A stretch of 64,000 bases of DNA from Pavona decussata (taxonomy: Eukaryota): positions 434,001-498,000 of the forward strand of contig CDRNST010000018.1 in assembly GCA_977016875.1 (NCBI GenBank). Reading direction: 5' to 3'. The position numbers and the translations under genes were made by a program. Positions 11,950 to 24,060 of this stretch are shown in pieces; the stretch's first letter is position 1; each line of letters starts with the position of its first letter. Below the pieces are notes generated by a model. That model saw only the letters and a list, made by a program, of their open reading frames with translations. It did no database searches and had not been told where the DNA came from.

Positions 11950-14460
11950 TTGGTTTCGATCTCATATTCATTATTGTTTATGGCGGTCAACCTCCTCACA
12001 TGGTCTTTTCGTTTCCTTTCTTCTTTATTCCTGATTCTCTCCCCCTCATTTTATCGCGAACTTGTTTTGGCCTGGCGTTTTTGTAATGGCTCCTTCACCT
12101 CTGGCTCTTTGGATATTGGTCAGGGTATCGATTTTTGTAATATTTTTTCCCTTACCACTAAGTCTGCGTATTTGTACCTTTTGTCTGAGCGTCTTGTTCG
12201 TCCTCATTGTGAACTCAAGTTTTTTCTTCTTTTTGGTTCTTTCTATTGGTCATCCACCTGGCGCCAGCTTTTTTTCTTTGATTTGGATCGTCCAGTCATC
12301 GATCTTTGCTGGAAGGTTGGTCACGGTGTCCTTTATACCGCTGAACGCCTGTCCTCTTTCGGCTACGATCTCCCCACTGCCTGTTTTTGTGGTCATGCTA
12401 TGGAGTCGCGGTAAATGCCGTTGCTGTCCACAGCCTGGTCATCTGGCTCAGAACTGTAAAAATGCTCTGCGTGCTTGGGGTGCTGCTCCACCGGCTGGTT
12501 CTCGTTCTGTTCTCATTTCTCGTTCTACGTTAAAAGACTTTACTGCTGTATCTGAGGGTTATCATGTGGTTTGTATTGTCCTGACGCAAGATGTATTGTA
12601 TTTTGTCCCTATTGCTGATTGTAACTGGTGGGTGTGGTACTCCCGCCAGCCTGTTTAATGTGCGATTTGTAAGGAAACTGGCCATCTTGGTCGTGAATGC
12701 CCTTTCTCTGGTGTTTCTCGCCGATGTCACCAGCCGGGACATGTGGCAAGACAGTGTGCGCAGATCTGGGGACCTGCTCGTTCCACCGCTCATTACAACT
12801 TCACGCCGATTTAAGTGTGTCATTGAGAAATGGGTGACTCCGCTGGATTTTGTTGCCTGAAGGCTCTCTTTATTCCTTTAGGAATTCACTTCGGCGGCCG
12901 CGAAATTAGCTCGTTTTTACTCGGTTGAGAAAAGGTGAGAACTTTGCAGGTAGACCAAGATGCGAATTCAAAAGACAGGAACAATTGTCTAATTAAGCAG
13001 CCTTGAGCCGCGAAGTTGCGAGAGTATTCCTTTGTTCTTGTTATCAATAGGAACTGCGAGGAATTACTGCAGACGTTTGATGGTTTTAAGTTCTTCGCAA
13101 AATACTTTAAGCTGTTATTTATATCAGCGAACGAAGAGTCTTTTGAGAGCTTTAAAAAGAGATCTCAAACGTGGTGTTTTGATCACTATAAGCCGAGTTT
13201 CGATATTTTTCGCCAAGCGGTGCTTAGAGCGGCGAAGTTATTATGCTTAATTAAATTTGTGCATGGCATCATCAACTTCCCGACGCGTGGAAATCAATAC
13301 CATCTGTTCAATGATAACTTTTTTTACGAAAAAGCTAAAACATTGATTTGTATTCCCTAAACAAAGCACCTTAGGAGCTATGAAAGAGTCAAAAGAGTTC
13401 CAATTGTAATTCACGTACTGTAAGCAAACTGGTATTTGATGTTGTGCGCTTTGTTTGTTACGAGTGAAGATGTGGTCGATCGTAATTAAGTTTATGTTTC
13501 TAAAATACTCGCTTCAATTTTAGCAAAGAGATTCCAAAATATCAGACCAAAAAAGGAAGAAAAAAAAGGGAAACTCAGCGTGGAAGTCGCATTCTGATTA
13601 TACTTAATGGCGCATTGACAAACAATTACATCGGCTCTTTGGCCTATGTAGGCACGCGCTCTTTTCAGTTGACCTTATTTACATTTTAGACATTTTATAT
13701 TCAGCAATTCTCTAACTTTTAGCTGAAAAGCGAGAATCTGTCATAGATCGCTGTCATTAACGATGACAGACAAACAAATCGGCAAATCCATGTATCCGTT
13801 TAGCGAACGAAATTTGTTTATTGATTATTCGTTAGTTTGTAGGACGGGAAGTTGTTTTTAAAACTCTCGATACTGGAGCGGCGCGTTGCGAGTCGATGTG
13901 ATCAAGGTGACTCATTTCTCTACCCTCCCCAGGGAGCTTCCACAGGCCAGCAGAAAACTCTAAAACAAAAGATAAAATATCTCACCTACTTCAAAGGCTT
14001 TGCGATCTTCGGAAACATGCTCTATTATCGGAAATTGTTCGACAAAAGAGAGAACAATAGCTTGAATATATGAATACTTAACGACCCCAAAATTTGGGGT
14101 ACACACTTAAATCGGCGTGAAGTTGTAATGTGATGTCGATGATAATGCTACTGCTGATGATGATGAAAATAATGCCGTTTGTGATGTTCAACCTGCTGTT
14201 ATGGATGACCAACCTGCTGAAGCTCCTTCTCAGGATCCTCCTGTCTCTTCTCAAGCATCTGTGGTTCCTCCTTTGCCTGTGTAGTCTAAAATAGTTGTCC
14301 ATGTCTACTGTTCATTCTGCGGAGCCATCTACTCCAGGGTCTTCTAAAGCCTGTGAGCCTTCTAAACGTTCACCAAGACTGGAACAATTGAGAGTAGTAG
14401 CTGCGTTAAATTCTAGTTTGCATGACCTTTTGCGTATCATTGAACATGTAGTGAGTGAGC
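11950..14460 (+). mobile_element. Mosaic of Tx1 fragments (ORF2 C-terminus, then ORF1 zinc-knuckle pieces) split by a TIR element
   Basis: DLCWKVGHGVLYTAERL...CFCGH (zf-RVT-like), CRCCPQPGHLAQNC and WYSRQP motifs. The ORF1 resumes at 14131. Confidence 0.75.
12791..14130. mobile_element. Non-autonomous DNA transposon with CATTA termini (CACTA/EnSpm-like), 1340 bp
   Basis: Perfect 30-bp TIR CATTACAACTTCACGCCGATTTAAGTGTGT (12791-12820 and 14101-14130). No clear TSD; superfamily is tentative. Confidence 0.8.
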
Positions 14461-14499
14461 GTGTTTTGGAGCAGATTTAGTCTCCTATTTTCTCCTTTT

Positions 14500-16410
14500 T
14501 CGTTCATACGTTCCGGCTAGCGTCCTTTTTCCCCGTTTTTTCCTTGCTACGGCTTTAGCTAAGGATCTCATTCGTCTTTTGGTGAATTTTGGGTGCTGTG
14601 CGAGTGGTAGTTCTGTTTTTTTAGCCGTTTTACTGTTTCACCACGTGCGAGACAAGATGGCTGGCCTTCGCGCACAAGCAAACTGTTTGTTTGATGGCAG
14701 AGGACGGCATGACCGTGGACGCCCTATCAATAATTCAATCCTTGCCGGATTTTCAGCCAGACATCACTGGAGTTGTGCCGCTGTACGGAGGCAAATGCTT
14801 CAACATAACCTTGTCCAGTCCTGAAGCCGCTGCTCGCCTTGCAACAGTGGGCTTCGATTACGAAACCACCGTGAAACTAGTGAGGCTCCTTGGCCTGAAA
14901 AAAATATCCATGTTTCAATCTTTGTGACCGTGGAGTTCCCGGACAATCTACTATTAGTAATCAGAAGAAGAAGACTAATAACCCCCCTCCTTCGTGACTT
15001 CAAATTTTATCTCTTTGAACTCATGAGGTTTTGATGAGCGTTTTCAAGATAACCTTTTGCACAATCTTCGTTTAACTTCTGATGTTTTTTGTCTTCAGGA
15101 AACTCAAATTTCAGACCCGACTGTTTTTCACGCCTTTGCTTATGCCTGGCAAGGGCCCTGTTTTTGGTCGGCCACTATAGGCAAGCAAGGCAGTGCCCTT
15201 GTCTGTGTAAAGGAATCTTTTCACGGTATGGTTAAGACTTGGAAACGGGATGGTTATCAGTCTTCTCCTCAATTTTGATGGTTTTAACATTAATTTGTTG
15301 AACATTTATGCTCCCACCAATCTGACTGAACGGAAAGTTTTCTTGGAAAACCTACACGCACCTATTTTTCCTGCCCTCTGATTCTCATATTATTGCCGGT
15401 GATTTTAACTGCTATGAGCATCAGTTGGATAAAAGTGGTGGGAATTTTTCTCGCGTCACGTATCTTCCTGATTTCCGCTCTACTTTTTCGCTTAGTGATG
15501 CCCGGCGCCGCCTACACCCACACCTGCGCCAGTGCACATGGTTTAATTCCGATTTCTCTATTGGAGGTCACTTAGACAAAAAATTTTTCATTCCCAATTC
15601 GCTACTGCCTTCAATTATTTCCTGCGAAATTTCGCTGTGTTTTCTCTGACCATGATTTCGTTTGTCTTTCCATCCAACCTGACGAGAGTACCTCTCACCG
15701 CCCTGGTTTATGGAAATCCAATTCCTTACTTTTGAACAACAGTGATTTTACCGAATATATTACAAATTTTATTCATGACCTCGCTGCCTGTCTCGAACAC
15801 TTTCCGTCGGTCAAATCTTGATGGCACTTTTTTAAAACTTCCATTAAGTGTGATATTATTTCCTCTTCTTAGCATAAGCATGGAGACCCTCTCGCGATCC
15901 TGTACATTTGGTTAATGAAATCATCAGTCTTAAGGTTAGACTTTCTGCCGGTGACACTTCTGTTGCTGATGACCTTTTTGATCTTGAGAATCAGTTTAAA
16001 GCTTTAACCCTACGGGACTTAGAAGGTTCTAAAATCTGTTCTCGGGTTTTGTGGTTCGAAGAGGGCCAAAAGCCCACCTGGTATTTTTTCAAACTCGAAC
16101 GCGAACGCGTGGATCGTAACACGGTTACTTCAATTTTAAATTCCGACGATGTGGAAGTCTTCTCACGCGAGGAGATAGAACAGGTGCACGTGGATTTTTA
16201 TACCAATCTTAGCTTAGATTGCATTACGTGCTTTCTCTCTTCCACGCAAAGCGACTCGTGCGAGGGGGTCCCTATCTTTGAACGAACTTGCTAACTCCTT
16301 AAAGAACCTGAACACGGGAAAGTCTCTGGGATACAATGGACTTCCCGTGGAATTCTGTTTGCAATTCTGGGATATTTGGGTCCCCTCCTGCTTCGCCTTG
16401 CCAACCAATG
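14500..16410 (+). mobile_element. Tx1-clade fragments: ORF1 N-terminus (related to 33386-33700), then degraded ORF2 (APE and start of RT)
   Basis: VDALSIIQSLPDF...VVPLYGGKCFNITL; CLQETQ, NIYAPTN, AGDFNC, WFEEGQKPTWYFFKLE, GKSLGYNGLPVEF. Confidence 0.8.
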
Positions 16411-19400
16411 TTGGATTGTTGCTTGGCAGAAGGCCCTATCCTTTTGTGGTGGGGTGTAAGCTGGTTGCCCTAGGTGAGGATCGCCTCCACGTGCTGTTTA
16501 GGCGTGTTTTGGTTGTGTTTCATTGGCAGGTCACCCATCCGTTTTTTGGACTTCCAGATCAGAACTTAACTTGTAAGTGTTTTCTTTTTCTTTGGGTGTT
16601 GGCCGCCCATCCGTTTTTGGGCCCTGCCCATTGGGACTTTACTTTCTTCTTTTCCTTTTTTGTTTGTCTTGTCCTGGTCATGGCCCTGCAGCGCACGGCT
16701 GTGTTTAATTGTGGGGCGTTCCTTCGTGTGTGTTCTCGTTATGACATTGCTCAAGCTTTTTATGCTGCATTTTCGGACTATCATACGGTTGTGTCTATTC
16801 AAGTTGTGCCTGGCAAAGTTGTTAAGGTGTGTTTTGGCTCTTCAGAATCAACAAAGGCGGTTTGTGCCGAGAAGTCTTATGTCATTGATGGTGTAGAGTG
16901 CGAAGTATTAAGTTTTGCTCAGCGTGTTACTCTGGGGCAGGTTCATCACTATCCTGCAGAAGCGGATGATAAGGATTTGGAGCGTGTCTTGAGTGATTTC
17001 GGTGATTTTGTTGAGATTTGTGATCAGCATTGGGTTAAGCTTACAACTGTTACAACAGGTACTCACCTTTCTTCAATAAAGCTTGTGTGGAACATTCCCC
17101 GTCCGCTGAAAATGGAAAAGTCACGTCTCAAAGTATGATATAAGGGGCAGCCCCTTGAATGTGATATCTGTCAGAAGGGTCACAAGGCTTCTGACTGAGA
17201 TCTTCGTGGCAAGTGTAAATTGTGCCGGTCCTCTGATCATTTTGCTCGTACTTGTCCTACTTCGTGGGGCCCTCCTGCCCCTCTCCAGGGCCCTGACCCA
17301 GCCCCTGCTGATGCCCCTGGTCCTGACCCTGCCCCCTTCCCTCCTTCTGCCTCTGTCCTTGTCCCTGCTCCTTACATGGAGGTCGATGCTTCTGCTGTTT
17401 GTAAGGTGGAAGATTCTGCCTCACAAAGCATCCTCCAAGGTTTTTCTTCTGATTGTAATAGTACTAGTGATGTAGTTGCGCGCGATAATAATGGCCATGT
17501 AAGTAATAATATTAGTAATAATGAAGGTAATAGTGTAAGTATTGTAAGTAATAATGTAGAGGGAAATAATAATGAAAGTGAGGTTACAAGTGTAACCGAA
17601 GGATGTAATAATGAGAGTAATAATGAAGTAAGTAATGATGTAAGTGAGGTTCCATGCGTAACCAAAGAAAAAAGTATTGTTAGTGAGGTTACGAACGTAG
17701 CCAATGAAAATAGTAGTGTAAGTCAGGTTACTGATGTAACCAATGAAATTGTCAAATTGATATTGATACTGTCATTGAGATCTCATCTGCTGGTTTTGAG
17801 CAGTTTCTTGAGGGAATAATTGAGGAGGGTTTGCCCGACTCTGTGAGCAGCGAAATTTCTCTGGAGATTCTTGAGGATGCTCAGGTCGTTAATACACCTT
17901 TGGCCCCTGGTAAACGTGTTGTGGAAACGTCTTCTGATCTCGACAGTCTTGATATCAGTGATTGGCTTCCTCTTCGGAAACGGCCCAGTAGACCGAAGAA
18001 GACCCTTTTTAAATTTATTTCCAACAGGTGGTCAAATTCATAATTATGATACTAGAACCTCAGCTCATTTTCGACCTCACACCTGCCGAACTAATATCAA
18101 GCAATTTACTATACTCTTTAGAGGGCCAAAAATATTGACTGCTTTGCCAGTATCAATTACGTCTTCCCCTAGTCTATCCACATTCAAAAGAAAGCTTCTC
18201 GATTTCCTCAGTTAATTGTATGAAACGTCCAACTCTGTTATGTCTTTATAGTCTTACCACCGTATGTTAAAAAAATTAAATACAATGTCCTTACTAGTCT
18301 TACAGTCCTAACATATCTCCGAGGAGACCTCTCAGTATAAGCCTGGGGGTTTCTTGAAGTCTCCTCCCCACTTCTTACTACTTCTTAAATTAGTATTATT
18401 ATTAACTGAAAACTTATGTAACATTCTAGTCTATTATTCACTGTAATTTTTTTACAAAATTGTCATGGTGAATAAAATAAATAAATAAGAAGAATAAAGT
18501 TGTTGAAGATCCGGTCCATAGTCGTTCCCAGGTTGCTGAGGAAGTGTCTGTCGTTCCTTCTTGTGATGTTAAGTCGTGATAGCTCCTTTGTCCTCCTTTT
18601 TTCTCTCTGCCCTGATGGCCCTGTCTGTTGTTTTTTACTGCAATGGTCTTCGGGACCAACAGAAGATGACTGCTTTCTTGCAGTGGTTGCATGGGCTTCC
18701 GTGTACTGTGGATGTTGTTTGTGTCCAGGAGGCGCATTGTGTTTCGTCTGTCAAGTGTGAATTTTGGTTCCCTTCGTCCGTTTTTTTTTTTTTTTTCGGT
18801 TGTGTCTTCTGGCTCTAACAGGTCTTCTGGTTGTCTTGTCCTTTATCGTCCCGTGTTGTCTTTTGTCAAGTCATGGGTTAATAGTGATGGTCGTTTTTTG
18901 CAATGTGAGTTTCTTTTTCGTGAGGTTTTTTGTGTGGTTTCTTTGTATGCCCGGAACCACAACAATCAGGGGACCAGTTTTTTTATCTTGCTGCTTCCTT
19001 TGTCGACCGGTCAGTCCCCACGATGCTTTGTGGAGATTTCAATACGGTCTTTGATCGCTCTCTGGATTTTCCCTTGCGCGTCCTTTTGATACTGTCGTCG
19101 ACACTTGGCGCTATTTGCATCCCTCCTCCTCTTGCTTTACTTGGATCCGGCCTGATGGTTCTGTCTTCCCGTATTGATTTTGTTGGTTGTCCCTATGTTT
19201 GGTTGTCTTCTGTTTCGTCTTGAGACAATGTCCCTTGTCCTTTTTCTAACCACTGTGCTGTTCCGTTCGCCGTTACTGTTCCTGAGGTAATCACTACTGG
19301 TTTTTGGTCTGACTGGCGGCAGCAGAAGAGTCGTTTCCCTTCCCTTGCTAACTGGTGGGAAGCTGCAAAGTCTAAGATAAAAGGGTTTGCCATCTCTTTT

Positions 19401-19525
19401 TGTTCTGCTCAGTCTTCTGCTTCTTCTGTTAAGAGAGATGTTCTCTCCAAGTTAGCTTCTCATCTCAAGGGGAAAATTGATTCTGGGTCTTTGTTGTTTT
19501 TTGGCCTGTATCAGTTTGTCTTGTG
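16410..19525 (+). mobile_element. Tx1-clade element: 5'UTR, ORF1 (ATG 16680) and ORF2 APE start (about 18615), interrupted by a CR1-type 3' end
   Basis: The 5'UTR is similar to 41715-41976. ORF1 has QPLECDIC knuckles and an Asn/Ser-rich tail. ORF2 has CNGLRD, VCVQEAH, LCGDFNTV. Confidence 0.85.
18005..18495 (+). mobile_element. CR1/L2-group LINE 3' end
   Basis: HNYDTR...RTNIKQFTILFRGPKI...FKRKL C-terminus, 3'UTR stem-loop GAGGAGAC...GTCTCCTC, and (AAAT)n tail. Confidence 0.8.
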
Positions 19526-19529
19526 TCGA

Positions 19530-20447
19530 TCCTCATCCGGCTGATGACCTTGACTCAGCGCATGATATGGAAGGCCTAGCACAACCGGAGGTGATTTTAG
19601 ACGATGCTATAGATGAAGCACCTCCAAGGAAGTCCCAGCAAACTAGCAGACCACCGCTTAGAATACATATGATACACTGGGACAGCCTTCCTTTCAACCT
19701 TGCAACACAGCTGGAATTCAAGATATTATAGCATCACATCCACAGCAGTTTGTATGGCAACCATTTACAGTACCATGGATGTTACAATCTACCCTGCAGC
19801 CTTACAGTTGCTTTGTCTACCTTCCTGCACTAGCCCAACCGTTGCCCTGTGTGCCCTGGTGCTATTGATAGCTTCTTGGAAAGGAACAATTGAACTGATT
19901 TGTATCTGTTGGAGTTACGTTCATTTTGAGATAACACCAAGTAGTTAATGTCCCTTTATAAATCGCGTTATATTATGACTATTTTTGGCCTATGTTCAAG
20001 GAGAGTATTCAAGGGGTTTACAGCCGTTTCGGAGATCATTTCTTTTATGGAAAGTTCTTATATGGAGTATGAGATGATGTAGATATAGTGATTTTTGTGT
20101 CATGCTGCAGCAGGACACCGAGACTCGAGTGTGTCAAAAGCTATTGTTCTGGCCTGATCACCCGGAATAATAATTTAAATACGTTCACTCTTGGATAACA
20201 AATAACAACACAGAGAACTCATGTATATCAGTCAGTGACATTTCATTCACTACCTAATGTTGAGGACAACATTCTTTTTAGCGGGAAGTAATGTAGAGAA
20301 CTGGAACTAGTTACTAAGTTTACCGAAAAGGACTGGCACTAGCCTGAAGAGAGAATCGAACAGAATGTAAAACTACTGATCGCTGTAGAGCGAATAAAAC
20401 AGTTCTTTGTTGGATTGTTGTCGCTTCATGGGCATATTGGGCTAACA
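19530..20447 (+). mobile_element. Probable second Gypsy 3' remnant with PPT and a short LTR (20292-20447)
   Basis: Purine tract AGCGGGAAGTAA followed by TGTAG...AATAAA...CTAACA. No diagnostic pol motif remains. Confidence 0.5.
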
Positions 20448-20449
20448 AT

Positions 20450-22700
20450 CGTGCGTGAGCGTTTCGCAAAATCTCTGACTCGGTCGATACATCAAGTAAA
20501 CGTGGCCCCCACCGTCCCCATCCAAAGAGGATAAACCTGCCCTGAGGAAGGCCATGGTTGCATCTACCCTGGAGGAATCTCTGTTCATCCGCAATGCCAA
20601 TGGAGTAGACGTGTTTGTATGCCCTCCTGTATAAGTTAACAATTTACGACTCTTCTCGTCCGAGCAAACGAATACGCAAACGAACTAGCGTGACCTAAGT
20701 ATAACACTGCAGAGATGCCGCCAAAACCTAGCGAAAAGCGTTCGCGTGTGTTAAGTTCTGAAGAAGGCAGCCGCTTCAACGCCCTCGACTGCGACGCTAT
20801 CTTAAAAGACATACAGAAGAAATAAGAACCTTTACTTAGCCTAATATAAGTTCTCTACATGTTGTTAGCGTAGCTCATGCAAGCTTGTGTGTTTGTTAGT
20901 GAATGTAATAGTATGTTTGTATTAAAGCATTAAAAAAAAAAGGGCCATGGTTGCATCTACCCCGGAGGAATCTCCGTTCATGCGCCATTTCATGGGGGCG
21001 CTGAAGAAGCATGGCCAACACCGCGTTAAACTCATGAAGGCTATCCCCGGACAGGAGTTTAACAAGTACGAAGCACTATTTTTGCAGTACTCATTTGAAA
21101 ACGAGGTGGACCAGGAGTTGCGATCACTGGCGCGACATAACCTGAACGATCGTGAACTTGACGCTTGGGCCGACTTGCATCGTATGCTTAGCATGGATGT
21201 TTATGTGAAACACGCAAGCACGAGCTGCAGCCGGGGAGGGGGGGAAGGCCGACCTTGAGCCCCCTAACCCCCCCCCCCCCATCTCTTTGGGAGAATCTGG
21301 TAAAGCTATGGACACCAAGACCACTCAGGCCAACACGGTAACCCCTGCACCTTCAGCAGTGTCTACTTCGGCATCTCCGCCGCCATCTTATGCGAGCGTC
21401 GCACAAAATATCTTCAGTGACTCTGGCGATACCTCATAAAAACGGGGCCCCCCGTCTCCGGCCAAGGAAGATAAACCTGCCTCTAAGAAGGCCACTGTTC
21501 CATCTGCCCCGGAATCACCCTTTATGTGCAATTTCATGCTGGCGCTAAAGAAGCAAGGCCAACACCACTCTAAACTGATGAAAGCTATCTCTGGACTGGT
21601 GTTCTAAAATTACAGTGCACTCTTCTTACAATACAATTTTGGAAACCACGCGGACCAGGACCTGCGATCACTGGCGCGCCGCAATTTGAATGAACGCGTA
21701 CTTGATGCTTGGGCCAACTTACACCGAACGCTTAGCATGGATGCCTATACCAACCTTTTAGAAATCTGTGAAAATCTTAGGTGCATGAACCCGAAAACTT
21801 TAAATTCATGTTTTTGTTTACTATTTTCACCCCCCTCTTTTTATTTTAACTATGGCTGTCTCGCTCGCGTTCATTAACGTCAACGGCGTGGCCAGGCACT
21901 ACAAACGTGTTAAGGTTTTTGAAGCGCTTCGCTCCCTTTATAAAGATATTTTTCTGCTTCAGGAAACACATCTCGCCGACTTATTGCAAGGTAAGACATG
22001 GGTAAGGGAATGGGGTGGCCAAACTGTTTGGTCTCCAGGTTCTTATCGATCTGCCAGTGTGACCGTGCTTATTCATCCGAATAGCTCTGTCACTCTGTCG
22101 GATCATAAGACCGATCTAGCAGAGTTCTCTCTGTCAACCTTAGTAGGGATAATTTTCCCTTCCAATTACTCAACCTCTATGCCCCGAATAACTACGGGGA
22201 TCGGGTGCATTTCTTTAGTGACCTTTGGCATTTTGTTTCCCTAATTTGAAAAGTATGGTTGTGGGGGATTTTAACTGTGTTCTGGATATACGGTTAGATA
22301 AGTTTGGAGGAGATGACAGCTTTGGTGACAGGGCTTTCTCGTCTCTCGACACCTTTACTGACTCTCTTACTTAGGACGATTTTTATGGAGTTTCTTTCCC
22401 CTTGGGGCGTTCTTTTACCTGGTTCAATCGTTCACACACTTTTGGTTGCCAGCTGGATCGGTTTTATACTTCGAGATCCTGAGGTCCTGGATCCTGGATC
22501 GAAAGCCTGGAGATCTCGCATCGGAGATCACCATCTTATTCGCATTAATATCACACACGGGACTTCCAACCCGGGAGGTCACAGTATTTGGAAGTTTAAC
22601 ACTCAGCTGTTCAAGTCAGACTCATTTTGTTCAGCTGTTAACCACTTCTGGCCTACTTGGCGCAACGTAAAACCAGCATTCACTGACCCCCGGTTGGTGG
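20450..22700 (+). mobile_element. Tx1-clade element: duplicated ORF1 C-terminus and ORF2 APE (ATG 21852)
   Basis: The ESPFM...LKKHGQH...LSMD segment occurs twice (20947-21200, 21500-21745). ORF2 has FINVNG, FLLQETHL, GGDFNC, IWKFNTQL. Confidence 0.8.
20596..20941 (+). mobile_element. Short poly(A)-tailed retroposon (internally deleted LINE-like) flanked by a direct repeat of about 46 bp
   Basis: Ends in ATTAAA...A-run. Flanks 20550-20595 and 20943-20988 match at about 42/46 nt. Confidence 0.6.
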
Positions 22701-22719
22701 TTTAAGTACAAAGCCTTTC

Positions 22720-24060
22720 CCCCCATGTTTATAAATTCTTATTTGGCTCCCTGAACCGTGACGTTTTGTGGCGTTACCGGTGCGACATCTCTCAGAAAAC
22801 GCCTTTTTACGGCAGCCTTGCTCCAAACTGGTGATCAAATGGATACGGCTTCTAATGCCAGTAATCACACCGCAGAGGTATGAAAATGTTTCTGATGATG
22901 AATTTTCAGATGCGAACTCTGAGTTTATTGAAGAGGTTGCGCGATTGGAGAGGGAGTATTTCGATTCACTTCATGTGGAAAATGTTCCCGAAAATCCGTC
23001 GTACCGTGAAAATTATACCGCTCCGCTTTAACCCGTGAAATTTTGCTCACTGATTTTGAATGAGAGCACTGCAAATGTTACACCTGACTAGCCTTGTTCT
23101 GCGTATTTCAAGACTGACACTTTTATGCCAGCATCAGAAATTTTCGCGTTCTACCAACTGAAGGTTTTCGCCGAAACATGTGCGTTGCTAGCAACGTAGG
23201 CCAACAGGTGAAGTTTTTCTCACCTTCCGTAATAAGGCCTTGAGGGATGGGTTCCTGCTCTGGTTGCCATCATGTCCCCAACACAGGTGAACAGAGCTTA
23301 ACTTTCCTTACCGTTTATGATGCCCCGTACGAGCTTCCTGATTTAGCCATCATCCATCGCCTATTGCCATATTGTGAGGTTGCGTGGCATCGCCGGGAAC
23401 CTACAAGACCGTTAAAGAGGGTAGTGTCTTTAATGGTCTCTGCCATTATTGTGTTAGCCTACATCATGCACTGCGTAGCTTCTTACGTTTTGGCAAGTTT
23501 TTAATCCGCCTTTACCACGATGGCCAGCAACCTACATGTAGGAAATGTAATCGCCATTACCATAAGGCCGGGGAATGTCAGAACATTGTTTCAACTGTGA
23601 TGGGTTACAGTACACTGCCCGTGATTGTATAAAGCCAACTTATTGCTGTATTTGTAAGAGCGGGCAGCACCTAGCCTGTACCTGTCTGCACTCTTGGCAT
23701 TGCACTACTCCAGTGACCGTTACACGCCTATGTATACTTGTGAGGACAGTTTGCCAACGGAACCTGAACCTCCTGGTTTGAATGATTTTGTTATGTCTCC
23801 TGAGGAAATACGTATTGATAATGCTACTAATGCTCCTGACGCTGCCAGCGCTGCCTAACCAGTGGCTCCTGATGTGCATCCTAATGTTGCTGCTGGCAGC
23901 CTTTCAGGGCCTTCTTCCCCTCCTGTAGAACCGACTCGCAAGGATTAAGTATCGGAGTCCTTTAAGGGCGCTGGTGATCCAGAGGCCTCGGTCAACGGGA
24001 TGCCGATGTCCTCTAGCTCAGCTTCGGTCCTGGACTTGCAATTCTTTTAAAGCCCCAGTT
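22720..24060 (+). mobile_element. Tx1-clade ORF1 with three zinc knuckles (related fragment at 45465-45640)
   Basis: LTVYDAPYELPD; CRKCNRHYHKAGEC, CFNCDGLQYTARDC, CCICKSGQHLACTC. Confidence 0.8.

Larger units (their letters stand above)
8073..11950 (+). mobile_element. Tx1-clade element, 'MPPRNRR' family copy 1: 5'UTR hairpin repeats and ORF1, interrupted by the pogo transposon
   Basis: ORF1 from ATG 10486 with WYKDQPLECDIC and CLRCHQAEHFVAEC zinc knuckles, then a Ser/Pro/Val-rich tail. Clearly similar to 38370-39840. Confidence 0.85.

Noticed and set aside
14150-14172. CTGATGA...GAAA hammerhead-like motif
   Set aside because: Explained by Asp/Glu/Asn codons of a Tx1 ORF1; no flanking stems.
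14544-14568. U2 stem-loop I similarity (CTTGCTACGGCTTTAGCTAAGGATC) upstream of the Keno-like ORF1
   Set aside because: Needs several gaps to align; too weak without an alignment of family members.
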